35,363 bases of DNA from an uncultured virus (IMG/VR IMGVR_UViG_2061766007_000564) (IMGVR_UViG_2061766007_000564), one strand, 5' to 3'; counted from the stretch's first letter, positions 1 to 10,982 are shown. Translations and numbers: made by a program. Notes: generated by a model from the sequence alone, not told the origin.

Positions 1-1
1 T

Positions 2-501
2 ACCCCGGCTTCGCATTCACACGGTAATATAGCAAACGGCGGCACATTGACCGATACAGCTGCAGCTGCAGCAGGAAACGACTACGTGGTCATAAGGGAC
101 GCCGATGATGCAAAGATTCAAACTTCTACCATCAAGGGTACAGATGTAGCGGATGCCGTGAGTAAGAAGCATAGTCATTCTAACCTAACGCTATCTACTA
201 CTGCACAGGCGTATGACGGAACCCACACCTTAGCGTTACCGTCAACCGACCCGTATACTTCAGCAAGAACACCGGCGTCACATACGCATGGCAATATCGC
301 GAACGGCGGTACTCTTACTGATACAGCAGCTGCGGCAGCTGGAAATGACTACGTGGTCATAAGGGATGCCGACAATGCGAAGATTCAGACTTCTACCATC
401 AAGGGCACGGACGTGGCTGATGCGGTGAGTAAGAAGCATAGCCATTCTACACTAACGCTGTCTACTACTGCACAGGCGTATGACGGTTCTCACACCTTAG
501 C
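2..501 (+). CDS. Tail fibre protein fragment with 89-aa His-x-His repeats (open at window edge and at gap)
   Basis: Open frame TPASHSHGNIANGGTLTDTAAAAAGNDYVVIRDADDAKIQTSTIKGTDVADAVSKKHSHS..., Ser/Thr/Ala-rich with HxH motifs as in trimeric phage fibres. The same repeat recurs at 2050-2770. Confidence 0.7.
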
Positions 502-511
502 NNNNNNNNNN

Positions 512-1672
512 ACCAATCGGGCGGCCGCCGCGTGGGGGCATGCCCATACCACGGCGAGCCTGCTGTACATATTCCGGGTCCTCGGTCTCTACCGGCGGGA
601 ATGCATCGTAGAACGGCTGCCCGATGATATCGACGACATTCTCTTCGGTAAGGAGGTAGTCCGAACTGCCGTTTGCGTCGTTCCACCTCGGGGTGGCCGT
701 GCAGAGGTCGCCTTCCGGGTCGACGATGACGGCAAGCATGCTTGTACCGTATTCATCCAGCGGGCAGTTCTCGCCCGGTTCCGCCGGGATGTCCTCGAAG
801 CCGTCCTTCAGGCAGAAGTATACGGTGTTCTTCCCTTCGAGCGTATAGGAGTCCCACATCATCTGCGAAGTGCAGATGCACCACGGGGACACCGGGAAAT
901 ACTGGCGGTACCCGGTAGCGGCCCGGAAGTCCGGGATGTGCACGATACGGTAGTTGCCGCCGGGATTTGCGGATGTGTACCCTCTTACCGCATTGCGCCG
1001 TTCCTCGAGGTCCCTACTGAGGGCATTCCCGAAGCCGCCGCGGATATCCCGGAGGGTCATGCCGTTGAAGTCGATGTCGAATTCGGCATCTTCAGCCTGC
1101 GGGTCGGGACATACCTCGCATGCGTACTTCACGAAACTCTTGAGGAGCTTGACTTCGCCGGCTTCCTGTTCCGGTGAACCGAATCCGCAACCGCCTAGGC
1201 CCGGACGGAGCAGCGCAATCCTGGTGACGCCGGGCATGTAGTCCCGGTTTGCACCTTCGAAATTGAAGAATGTCTGCCTGATGTTGTTCAGGATGCTCTG
1301 CATGAGAGTAAGCTCGTTGCCTCTCCGGTTGGTGAAGCTCTGCTCGTTGAATTCGGGGAGACTTACGTTCTGGCCAGCCGGCGATGCCTGGAATTCCCGG
1401 AGGAACTGGGAGACCGGTTTCATGTGGTCGTCGTGGATTCTCTGGTACATCTGCTGGACTCTCGGGCTGTTCCAGTCAATCTGGCCGCCGCCGAGCATGT
1501 TGTACACGATGGTCTTGTAGACTGCCTCGCGGGTCATCGCATCGATTTCGTGCTGCGTCTCGAGCAGGATGCTCTCATTGATTGGTTGACCGAAAATCCG
1601 TGAATAGGCCTCGGAAATGCATCTCGCCATGTTTTCCGGGACGATGTAGTTGCTGTTCTGTCTGGTAGCCAT
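512..1672 (-). CDS. Hypothetical phage protein with W-C/'NCPxDEYG' domain (paralogue of 13733-16510); 3' end lost in gap
   Basis: ATG at 1672 (MATRQNSNY) lies downstream of a minus-strand TATAAACT. YRIVHIPDF..PWCI..NCPLDEYGTSMLAVIV..RWN aligns by eye with the 925-aa ORF. Confidence 0.75.
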
Positions 1673-1701
1673 TCCGCACCCTGCAAATATTCTGTTAATC
1701 G

Positions 1702-1744
1702 GTAGTTTATATTCCAGCCGGGCGGCTTTGATGATATAAACTAC
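1702..1744. promoter_or_regulatory. Back-to-back TATAAACT motifs (divergent late-type promoter pair)
   Basis: GTAGTTTATAT (1702-1712) and ATATAAACTAC (1734-1744) are perfect inverted copies. TATAAACT recurs upstream of other genes in the window. Confidence 0.65.
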
Positions 1745-1784
1745 GGATAATTGAAGTTTTACGGTATTGCCGANNNNNNNNNNA

Positions 1785-3308
1785 GCAAACGCCGCCCTGG
1801 TAGGCATTACGGTAACTTCTACTTCCGTATCCGACGGTACAAACACATTTAACAAGTATACTCACCCGACCTATACGGCCCAGTCAGCAAAGGGAAGTGC
1901 CACCAAGGTGCCGCAGATTACCACTGATTCTACCGGACACGTTACCGGAATTACCGAAGTAACCATTACCGGCGTNNNNNNNNNNNNNNNNNNNNNNNNN
2001 NNNNNNNNNNNNNNNNNNNNNNNNNNNNNNNNNNNNNNNNNNNNNNNNNCAAAGATTCAGACATCAACGATTAAAGGAACTGATGTAGCGGATGCCGTCA
2101 GTAAGAAGCACTCGCACAGCACACTGACGTTGTCAACTACAGCACAAGCGTATGACGGAACCCACACATTAGCGTTACCGTCAACCGACCCGTATACTTC
2201 AGCAAGAACACCTGCCTCGCATACGCATGGCAATATCGCGAACGGCGGTACATTGACCGATACAGCAGCGGNNNNNNNNNNNNNNNNNNNNNNNNNNNNN
2301 NNNNNNNNNNNNNNNNNNNNNNNNNNNNNNNNNNNCAGTAAGCAAGAAGCACTCGCATAGTACACTGACCTTATCAACTACAGCACAGGCATATGACGGA
2401 ACACACACCTTAGCGTTACCGTCAACCGACCCCTATACTTCCGCAAGAACGCCGGCATCACATACTCACGGCAATATCGCGAACGGAGGTACTCTTACTG
2501 ATACAGCAGCTNNNNNNNNNNNNNNNNNNNNNNNNNNNNNNNNNNNNNNNNNNNNNNNNNNNNNNNNNNNNNNNNNNNNNNNNNNNNNNNNNNNNNNNNN
2601 NNNNNNNNNNNNNNNNNAGTGAGTAATAAGCATAGTCATTCTACCCTAACGCTGTCTACTACTGCACAGGCGTATGACGGTTCTCACACCTTAGCGTTAC
2701 CGTCAACCGACCCCTATACTTCCGCAAGAACACCTGCCTCGCATACGCATGGCAACATTACAAACGGTGGCGGAATAACTGCAACCGGGGTCGATATTGC
2801 CAATGGAGACGCCTTGGTCATTGTAGATTCTTCCGATACAAACAAGAAAGTCGCCAAGACTTCCATCACGTTTGACGGGACCACAACAACAAAGGCACTC
2901 ACGCCGAAAGGTACGTTTGAATCATTCGCCAAGTCGAGCGACATCCCGGCAGCAGTATCTGTCAAGGGCAACGCCGAATCCTCATATCGTACGGGTCAAG
3001 TCAACCTTACTCCGGCTAACCTTGGTATCTCCGCGACGACTTCTAGCGTGACGGTCGGCTCTACCACCTTCAATAACACTGACACCAAGGTCACACAGAC
3101 CAATACCGACACTTCCAGCAATGCGCAGTACCGGCTGCTGATGAGCTCCACCGCTGACGACACTACCCGTACCGAGGGTGCACGCAAGAGCACATACGCG
3201 TGGTTCAACCCGTCAACGCAGACGCTTGGCTCGCAGAAGTTCAACGTCGCGGGTGGATGCACCATGCAGTACAACTCGTCCACAATGTCGCTCGACTTCG
3301 TGTTCTAA
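1785..3308 (+). CDS. Tail fibre protein, C-terminal part with repeats (gapped)
   Basis: In-frame fragments ANAALVGITVTST..., repeat units, then a unique C-terminus ending ...MQYNSSTMSLDFVF-TAA at 3308. Confidence 0.7.
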
Positions 3309-3327
3309 ACAGTAAAATCTTTAAAAC

Positions 3328-3361
3328 AAAACCCTGAAATTCGACGAATTTCGGGGTTTTT
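3328..3361 (+). terminator. Rho-independent terminator (possibly bidirectional)
   Basis: AAAACCCTGAAATTC-GAC-GAATTTCGGGGTTTTT just downstream of the fibre gene stop; a haplotype copy lies at about 3446-3480. Confidence 0.7.
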
Positions 3362-3635
3362 ATATAGGTCAAACCTATAACGACGAATATTTTCAATAAA
3401 TCCCTGCCTACCCATCCTNNNNNNNNNNTGTAAAATCTTTAAAACAAAACCCTGAAATTCGACGAATTTTGGGGTTTTCTATAGTTCAAACCTATAACGA
3501 CGAATATTTTCAATAAATCCCTGCCTACCCATCCTACGGCATGGATACGTATCCTGACGACCGGCTACCCGACGACCGGCTACCCGCACACTAGCACTCG
3601 AATTACAGCCCCCGCATTACCGGGGAGCTGTACCG

Positions 3636-3643
3636 TATAAACT
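3636..3643 (+). promoter_or_regulatory. TATAAACT late-type promoter motif
   Basis: Exact motif 27 nt upstream of ATG 3671, preceded by a hairpin at 3604-3632. Confidence 0.65.
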
Positions 3644-3670
3644 GCAAATTTGAAGTAATTTAGATATTGT

Positions 3671-6061
3671 ATGGCACTGAAACTCTGGCTACCGCTCAAT
3701 GGAAACGCGACCAATTACGGGCTAACCGACATTGCGATGTCGGGCTCCCCAGCCAGCTGGCAAAACGGCCCCATTGGCAAGTGTGCGTCATTTAATAACA
3801 ATACCGGCAATGTCATATCGAACTCGACGACCGCCTTCAATTTCACTACACAGAACTTCTCGTGGTCCGTATGGATAAATAAGATATGGGCGTCGCACAC
3901 GACCAGTGCAATGTATGCGTTTACCGTAGGACGGGCGGACGCGGGCGGATACGGCTATGGTCTGGAAATCGCAAGCACGACCGAAGTGCGGCTCCGTTTT
4001 GGTTCATGGTCTAATACAATTTCCGGCGTGCCGGACAACGAATGGCATCATATCGCCTTCGTCAGGAACGGCGACACATTGAAGATATACCGTGACGGCG
4101 CATGCGTCGCAACGGCTTCCCGTTCAGGCAGCCTTCCCACCTATTCCGACGGGGGCGGTCCCGGTCTCGGATGTTTCCACTATACCGGGAACATATACCC
4201 GCTCATCGGGCATCTGTCCGACTTCCGTATCTATGACCACGCCCTGTCCACCAAGACGGTCAGGGAGCTTTCGCATGGACTCGCCTTACACATACCGTTC
4301 TACGGGGACGGATACCCGGGAATCGGGGAGAACATAGCAATCGGTTCATGGCGGAACATGGCCACTCGCAGCATAGGCCAGTACTATGACCGCCTGCTGT
4401 ACGACGCCGGGTTCTTCGGGCTGTCTGCCGGGGAGCAGTACACCTACACCGTGAAGCTCACCGCGCCGTCGGACAGGAGCGTCGCGGCACGCGTGCAGTA
4501 CTACACCAGCGATGGCGACCGGTTAAATATCGTGGGGAATTACGTACCCGCCGGAACCACCGGTTATTCTCACATTACCGAAACGCTGACTTCGGAACAG
4601 CGCGGCAAGTCGCGCATGGAACTGAACATACAGAACGGGAATACTTCCCTGACGAGCTCGGCGACATACTACGTTGGCGAGGTCAAGCTGGAACGGGGCG
4701 ACCATTCGACCGCATGGTCCCCTCACTCGGCCAATGCCGAGTACGGGTCCGACTACGGGATAGTCAAGGAGACGACCGGGTACGGCACCGTAAGCGTCAA
4801 CGGTTCCCCGAAAGCCATATCGTCGGGTCCCCGTTACGGCATGTCGGCCCATTTCGCCGGAGGGAATACCACGGAGGCCGGGGACTACGTGGAGTATACC
4901 GCACCGGTTGGACTGACCAAGGCAACATGGATGGTATGGATAAACATCGACGACACACAGGGAAGCTACCCTTCGCTGGATGCCAAGAAAGGCAACCCGA
5001 CGGGCGACCTGTGGCTCACGGTGAACACCGAAAGCAATGCCGTATGGGCATATTACAGCGGGATTTACAACAAAAGTCGGACCATTCTGTTCTCGCCGGG
5101 AGACTGGCACCACGTCGCGTTCGTATGGGATACCGGAATCACGCAATGGTACGTGGACGGCGAGGTGCAGGGCACAGCGGTCGACATGTCCTCCAAGAGC
5201 ACTACTTGGCCGTCTTCCGTCCACACACTAGGCACGAGCTATACCGGCAGCAGCTGGTCGGGCGCGAAGCTGAAGTCCAGGCTGTGCGACTGGCGGTTCT
5301 ATTCGACCGCCTTGTCCGCGGACGACATCATGGGAATCGTCAGGGCGCCAGTGTCGTTCACCGACAACGGCGAAGTGCACTGCGGGACTCTGGCCGAACG
5401 GGACGGGCAGGTATCCGTGGAGAAGTCGTCGATTGTGAAGTGCTCGTCTGTCACGGAAATCTACGGTAGGTTCGACAACAAGACCCGCATCGAGCCGGAC
5501 GGTTCCGCATGGGTCAGGATAGTGCACCACGCCGACCCTGGAGCAGGGAACCTTTTCGCCTCGTCCGATTCGTTCGGCACATGGGTGTACAAGGATGCAA
5601 AACGCTGGTTCCACGGGAAGATGTGCGACTATGCCGACCGTTGGGAATTCATGATAGAACAGAAGGCGAATTCAAGCGCGAGCACGCTGAAATTCAGGTG
5701 GGTACAGACGATAAACCCGAACACCGCCGCATACGCGGACGTTGCCGCAGCAAGCATCACCAAGAATACGTCTACCGGGTATACCTCGTTCAGCCATGGC
5801 GGCCTGTACAAGAGAAATTCAAGCGCGTACTACACTACCAACAATGGCACCCAGTCAAACTGGTGGGGTGCGGTCGGCGCATGGTCCAATACGACAAACG
5901 GAATACCGGCATGGAACGGCACCGAAGTCGGCTCCGGGGGGTTCGAGGACCTCTACATCCGGGTGGACGGCGGGGCCAACTGGAGTTTCCCGGACAACGA
6001 CCGGGTATCCATAGTGAAGACCGACAATTCACTGACGGGATACGGGATTGTCGAAATATAA
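3671..6061 (+). CDS. LamG/concanavalin-A-like domain virion adhesin or tail protein (796 aa)
   Basis: Two LamG-like units (WHHIAFVRNGDTLKIYRDG...LSDFRIYDHALS; WHHVAFVWDTG..WYVDG...CDWRFYSTALS), a central 'VKLERGDHSTAWSP' carbohydrate-binding-like phage motif, and a C-terminal 'DGSAWVRIVHH' segment resembling fibrinogen-C-like domains. Confidence 0.8.
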   Translation: MALKLWLPLNGNATNYGLTDIAMSGSPASWQNGPIGKCASFNNNTGNVISNSTTAFNFTTQNFSWSVWINKIWASHTTSAMYAFTVGRADAGGYGYGLEIASTTEVRLRFGSWSNTISGVPDNEWHHIAFVRNGDTLKIYRDGACVATASRSGSLPTYSDGGGPGLGCFHYTGNIYPLIGHLSDFRIYDHALSTKTVRELSHGLALHIPFYGDGYPGIGENIAIGSWRNMATRSIGQYYDRLLYDAGFFGLSAGEQYTYTVKLTAPSDRSVAARVQYYTSDGDRLNIVGNYVPAGTTGYSHITETLTSEQRGKSRMELNIQNGNTSLTSSATYYVGEVKLERGDHSTAWSPHSANAEYGSDYGIVKETTGYGTVSVNGSPKAISSGPRYGMSAHFAGGNTTEAGDYVEYTAPVGLTKATWMVWINIDDTQGSYPSLDAKKGNPTGDLWLTVNTESNAVWAYYSGIYNKSRTILFSPGDWHHVAFVWDTGITQWYVDGEVQGTAVDMSSKSTTWPSSVHTLGTSYTGSSWSGAKLKSRLCDWRFYSTALSADDIMGIVRAPVSFTDNGEVHCGTLAERDGQVSVEKSSIVKCSSVTEIYGRFDNKTRIEPDGSAWVRIVHHADPGAGNLFASSDSFGTWVYKDAKRWFHGKMCDYADRWEFMIEQKANSSASTLKFRWVQTINPNTAAYADVAAASITKNTSTGYTSFSHGGLYKRNSSAYYTTNNGTQSNWWGAVGAWSNTTNGIPAWNGTEVGSGGFEDLYIRVDGGANWSFPDNDRVSIVKTDNSLTGYGIVEI

Positions 6062-6082
6062 AACAGTTTTAAGGATGGAATT

Positions 6083-8406
6083 ATGGCACAACTTACAGAT
6101 ACACTGATTATCGGGGACCTGAGAGTTACGGGCAAGGTTTACGGCACCTCCACAAAGGTTTCGCTACCTCGCAACCCGGTATCCAACTACAACGACGACT
6201 ACTACATGAACACACTGGTAGTATCGGAGTTGGGACCGTCAGTAACTAACTGCCCGTCAGGAAACTGGTACCACACATATACCGGATGCGGTTCAGATAC
6301 CGGATATGCAACGCAGCTTGCACTCGGAATGGACACGGAGAAGCTGATGTACCGGTTCAAGAGGGGCGGAACCTGGCAAAGCTGGACTTCGATAGTCAGG
6401 GCAACAGCAAACACCCAAGTTGGCTCGACATCCAAGCCGGTCTACATAGACAACGTTGGAAGGGTGCAGGAATGCACGTCGATACCGTCCGCAGCCAACA
6501 ACGGTACGCTGACGATTACCCAGAACGGCAAGTCGGTTGGTACGTTTTCCGCAAACCAGTCCAGCAACACGACGATAGCCGTGACCGATTGTTCCGAGAA
6601 CGTCGTATACGGCCCTACATACAAAATCCGAAGGGACGGTACGGAAGATACGAGCAATCCTGGATGGGTAAAGGTCGTTTTTGTACCGGCGACGACAGTT
6701 AATTACAGGTCAGTCGTAGTTCGCGGAAAATTTATGTGCGCAAACGGCAACTGGGGACAGAACGCATACAGTGAAATGGAATTTCAGGCAGTCATCAACG
6801 TAACAAACCCAGGAAATTCGTANNNNNNNNNNCTATGCCGGACGTGCAGACTGCGTTCTGGACAAGGGAAGTTCAAACGGAAATCTCATATATTCGCACT
6901 GGAACGGCACCTCAATATCTAAGGTATCGCCTTCATCCGGTGAGGCGGCATCAGGTACAAAATGGCTTATCGGTGCATACTATGACACCGACGGGGCACA
7001 CTACTGTNNNNNNNNNNATATGCCGGACGTGCAGACTGCGTTCTGGACAAGGGAAGTTCAAGCGGAAATCTCATATATTCGCACTGGAACGGCACCGCAA
7101 TATCTAAGGTATCGCCTTCATCCGCTGAGACGGTATCAGGTTCAAAATGGCTTATCGGTGCATACTATGACACCGACGGGGCACACTACTGTNNNNNNNN
7201 NNGCAGAACGCATACAGCGAAATGGAATTTCAGGCAGTCATCAACGTAACAAACCCAGGAAATTCGTTCCTCTGGACATCCCCGTTCTACATGGGAAGCG
7301 GCATAGACGACCACGCAAGCATGGGCGAAGCCGACCCGAACAACTACATACGACTGGGAAAACTCTCGGACGGGTCGTTTGAACTTAACGTAAAGTTCGG
7401 GCAAAGCTATACGGCATACTCCGTAATATATTCGGTATTCACTAACGGCACTTCGTATACCGCATATGACACGGTTGTCGCAGCAAGTTCACCATCATCT
7501 ACGGTAAGTCCATCTTACAACCTCGGAACTGGCAAAGTTGTCGGAACCGGAGGTGCAGATTTCAACCCTATATATGTCAATAACAAAGGGTTCGTTAAAC
7601 AATGCTATGAGAATATTGAAGCAAACGGTACAGGAACAGTAAAATACCAGACAATCGGATACTCGGAAGCAAGGAGCAGTTCAGGGAAAACATCAGTGTT
7701 TCTTCTAGTTCAGGGCGATATCGGGACCAGGCCGGGCGTATACCTGGTGAAATTCTCTTATAGAGGTTCTCCCGTACTTGAATACACTGTGCTTTCCGAT
7801 TCATCAGCGACGGTGTCGGAAACCGACAAACGTTTCGATATAGGCTATTATATTTCGGACAACAAGGCATACGTTACCATCAAGAAGGCTACGTGGACTG
7901 GGGACGAACCATTACGGGTAATATCCCGCGATGGCGGGTTCGTTGTTTCCATCGGGACAGCATCCACATCGGCGCCGTCCGGTTATACCGCAGGCACAAA
8001 GGTATCCTATTATACATACATGGACTATGCAACGACAAACCATAATCCATTGACAAATGATACGACCACACGTCTGACTGTTGCTGCTGCAAAAACTTAT
8101 TTCAACAACTATGTAGACCCATATAGTGTAAAATGCGTTTACAAGCAGAATGAAACCGAGGCAACCATAATCTTTGGTAAAGGCTCATCCAACAACTACG
8201 GCACCGTATTACAATGGGGATATAACGATAACTACCTTAGGCTGCTTAGAAACAATAACAACAGTTGGGATACTTCGTGGCAAAAAATNNNNNNNNNNAC
8301 AGTAAACGCATCCAATGTCACTGTGCAGAATGCACTGCAAATCAACGGTCGCTCAATTGTGGTAGGACAGCTCGGCACCGACACAAATACACTGTACTTC
8401 ATCTAG
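6083..8406 (+). CDS. Tail fibre/receptor-binding protein, split by scaffolding into 6083-6822 and 7203-8406
   Basis: RBS-like AAGGA before ATG 6083. Both pieces share the overlap QNAYSEMEFQAVINVTNPGNS, so they are one gene. Fibre-like motifs YRFKRGGTWQSW and NNNSWDTSWQK. Confidence 0.65.
6834..7192 (+). CDS. Two haplotype copies (6834-7007, 7019-7192) of a 58-codon fragment of a tail-like protein from elsewhere
   Basis: Frame YAGRADCVLDKGSS(N/S)GNLIYSHWNGT(S/A)ISKVSPSS...KWLIGAYYDTDGAHYC is open in both copies; all minus-strand frames contain stops. Confidence 0.5.
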
Positions 8407-8419
8407 CGAGATATATGCA

Positions 8420-9409
8420 ATGTACACCCACGACTCCACATTAGGTATCGCCATGTACCGCATGCCGGTAAGTATCATTCAGGACAGTAGCCAGACCAGT
8501 GACTACTACATAGGGACATCGTACCCGATGGTCGATATATGCCAGATAGGTAACCACCAGCTGGAACAGCAGCTCCGTGAAGTCGAAGTCCAGACAGGTA
8601 CATCTTTTACCTACAGGGACTATGGTGCATCCACAACGGTATACCAGGAAGTATGGAAAATACCGCATATGAACCGTCTACGTTCAAGGGTGAACGGCAT
8701 AATGTCAAGCCTCTACGGAAACGTTACGACAGGGAGGGCATCATACCCGTTCGGTTTCTACTGCAGCAGTTCCACGGGTATGCCGACAATCTACAAGAGG
8801 GAATACCGCAACATCACGGTCAACGATTCAATAAACCTCGTCACGTTCGAGCCAGCCCCATCAAATGGATGGGGAAATTCCGCGGACTGGAGAATTCTCG
8901 CTTCAAACACACAGGACGCTACTACCCCGTGGGCGTTCAAGATAGACTTGAAAACATGGTACGGCATACTTAAACGATTCTTTTCATCGGATTACCGCGT
9001 ATATATCACCATGGACATGGTATTCTTCATCCTGAAAAGATTCGATGACGAGGACCTGGAGGTTGCTTCCGGTATGCAAATTATGTGTACCGAATACAAG
9101 ACTCTAAGTCAAAGCAGCAGTGTGACAAACAGTGTACTTGGAAAAAAGGAGGGCACAGTCTACAACCTGGGATTCGGCGAAATGCTCCCGTTGAATGACA
9201 ACAACTACACCCGTACTTTCTTCCATACGCATAACCTGCTGTACACCAACAGCCTAGGGGCAAGTGTACCGGCAAATGCGTGGGAATTTTACTTCACCCC
9301 GATAATGCCGACATTCATGTCTGAGTTTACGCAATATATACAGAACGCCGCGTTTGGACCCGTGAGGCCAAGCGTACGGCTATCGGTATGCGTGGTGTAT
9401 GATGGGTAG
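8420..9409 (+). CDS. Hypothetical protein, probably tail-associated (329 aa)
   Basis: Long ORF starting 13 nt after the fibre gene stop, same strand and similar composition. Confidence 0.7.
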   Translation: MYTHDSTLGIAMYRMPVSIIQDSSQTSDYYIGTSYPMVDICQIGNHQLEQQLREVEVQTGTSFTYRDYGASTTVYQEVWKIPHMNRLRSRVNGIMSSLYGNVTTGRASYPFGFYCSSSTGMPTIYKREYRNITVNDSINLVTFEPAPSNGWGNSADWRILASNTQDATTPWAFKIDLKTWYGILKRFFSSDYRVYITMDMVFFILKRFDDEDLEVASGMQIMCTEYKTLSQSSSVTNSVLGKKEGTVYNLGFGEMLPLNDNNYTRTFFHTHNLLYTNSLGASVPANAWEFYFTPIMPTFMSEFTQYIQNAAFGPVRPSVRLSVCVVYDG

Positions 9410-9425
9410 CGCCTGAACGTCACGC

Positions 9426-10946
9426 CTAGGCCATGGCCGAGGCCACATCCGCATACCCGAGCATCTCGAGCTCGACCTCCCGGTCGAACTCCATCTCCTC
9501 CCCGGACTTCCAGGACATCCCGAACTCCTCCGAGGTCATCGTCGGCACGCCGACGTGCCTGAGCTCGTCCTCGACTATGTCCCGCACCCTGTCGGCGTAC
9601 TCCTCGGCGACGATTATCGAGTCGTGCACTGTGCAGTAGGGGCACCCGACCTCCCGGGAAACTCTCGGTATGGCCTTCCCGAACACGAAGTCGCTCTCTA
9701 TCCTCTGCATCTCCCGGGCGAGCGCCGCGTAGTTCCCGGACTTCATCCTCTCTATCGCCAGAAGTAGCGACGGGAAGTGCTCGGCCCACACCCTCCTGAC
9801 GGCGGCCTTCATCTCGTCCCCCTCACCGTCGACGTAGACCGGCCCGAACAGCATCACGAAGAAGGCGTGCTTCGCCTCGTCCCTGCCCACCTCGCGGTCC
9901 AGGTCGAAGTCCATGGACATCTCCCCGGCGAAGAACTCGTACAGCCTGCCCTCCTTCAGCAGCGCGTCGTACCTGTCGCACTCGGCGAGGTATTCGCCGA
10001 CGTCGCGGATGGCGGCCTGCCGCCTCAGCTCGTTCAGGGTCGGCGACGAAGTGAGGTCCAGCAGCCCACCCGTGTCGGCAAGCGACCTGAATATGGCCCC
10101 CAGGAAGGCCCCCTGGGAGCTCTTTATGTCGACCCCGGCGGTCGGCTTCCCGTCGCAGAACAGGCACTGCGACCTGACTTCCTTCTTGAGCTGCGTGATG
10201 TTGGTGTGTATGCGGCCGAAACGGTCCTTCTTCACGAAGAGCGCGGCCGGGTTGTCGTTGACGGAGTTGAACCGGTCGACCTTCTCGAGCTCGCGCTTCT
10301 TCCTGGACGGGGTCATGGACCTGTCCTCGACGAGTCCATCCAGGACCTTCGCGGCACGCTTCCTGTCGAGCTTGAAGTGCGACAGGCCCTCGTGGCACGC
10401 GGCCACCCTCTGGTCGAGCATCTGCCTGGCCTTGACGTCCATGGCGCAGGCCTCGAGCCTCTTGAGGAACGGCCTGGACTTTATCTCAAAGGTGCGCATA
10501 CGGCCGAACTTCCGGGATTCCCCGGTGACGTCCTGCATGCGCCTCTCCCGGCTGTAGCAGTACTCCTTCCAGTAGTTTTCGTACGGGGAGCACAGCCAGA
10601 ACGCCTTGCTCCGGCCCCTGACCTTGTCCGTGCCGGGGAAATACGAGAAGCTGCGCCTGATGAACCCCCAGGTGACAAGGTCGTTGATGACCATGTTGTA
10701 GTCGTTGCCGACGGCTGCATGGAGAAATACCGACTGGAGATGGCAACGCCAGGTTCTTACGTCGATTTTGCCCCCGAGCATCCTCGTGTCGTGATAGACG
10801 CGCTTCAGCTGGCGCGATACGAGGTGAAGCACGAACATGTACTTCTCCCTGTACCGGGCGCACCCCGGGAATTCCTCGAGTTTCTCCCTCAAGGGCCTGA
10901 GAAAAACCTCCGGTACGCGCATCTTGTAAGAGAATTTGGGGGTCAT
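9426..10946 (-). CDS. Divergent family-A-like polymerase (TV-Pol-like) with no recognisable exonuclease domain
   Basis: Motifs GRIHTNITQL, motif A VDIKSSQ, motif B RDEAKHAFFVMLFG, MQRIES and motif C TVHDSII in the correct order. Start moved to ATG 10946 (MTPKFSY) because a promoter lies just upstream. Confidence 0.7.
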   Translation of the reverse strand: MTPKFSYKMRVPEVFLRPLREKLEEFPGCARYREKYMFVLHLVSRQLKRVYHDTRMLGGKIDVRTWRCHLQSVFLHAAVGNDYNMVINDLVTWGFIRRSFSYFPGTDKVRGRSKAFWLCSPYENYWKEYCYSRERRMQDVTGESRKFGRMRTFEIKSRPFLKRLEACAMDVKARQMLDQRVAACHEGLSHFKLDRKRAAKVLDGLVEDRSMTPSRKKRELEKVDRFNSVNDNPAALFVKKDRFGRIHTNITQLKKEVRSQCLFCDGKPTAGVDIKSSQGAFLGAIFRSLADTGGLLDLTSSPTLNELRRQAAIRDVGEYLAECDRYDALLKEGRLYEFFAGEMSMDFDLDREVGRDEAKHAFFVMLFGPVYVDGEGDEMKAAVRRVWAEHFPSLLLAIERMKSGNYAALAREMQRIESDFVFGKAIPRVSREVGCPYCTVHDSIIVAEEYADRVRDIVEDELRHVGVPTMTSEEFGMSWKSGEEMEFDREVELEMLGYADVASAMA

Positions 10947-10953
10947 GCGACCA

Positions 10954-10982
10954 AATCTAGGCAAAATCCATCCTTCTGGCAA
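10954..10982 (-). promoter_or_regulatory. Sigma70-like promoter for the polymerase gene (leaderless)
   Basis: Minus strand reads TTGCCA-N17-TAGATT, then 7 nt to ATG 10946. Confidence 0.6.

Larger units (their letters stand above)
2..2770 (+). repeat. Intragenic 267-bp (89-aa) tandem repeat, at least 5 partial copies visible
   Basis: HGNIANGG codons start at 20 and 287 (period 267). Further copies at about 2050-2271, 2336-2511 and 2618-2770, interrupted by N gaps and by an unrelated contig at 512-1773. Confidence 0.85.

Noticed and set aside
47..1177. 376-aa + strand ORF
   Set aside because: Chimera across the 502-511 gap: fibre repeat joined to the antisense of the real minus-strand gene 512-1672.
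512..1773. Mobile element or intron inserted into the fibre gene
   Set aside because: Both ends are N gaps and no transposase, homing endonuclease or splice features are seen. It is most likely a misplaced contig of the same phage, since it carries TATAAACT.
6833..7192. DGR template/variable repeat pair
   Set aside because: Neither copy has A at all variable sites, the copies are gap-bounded and there is no reverse transcriptase in the window. Kept only as a selection signal.
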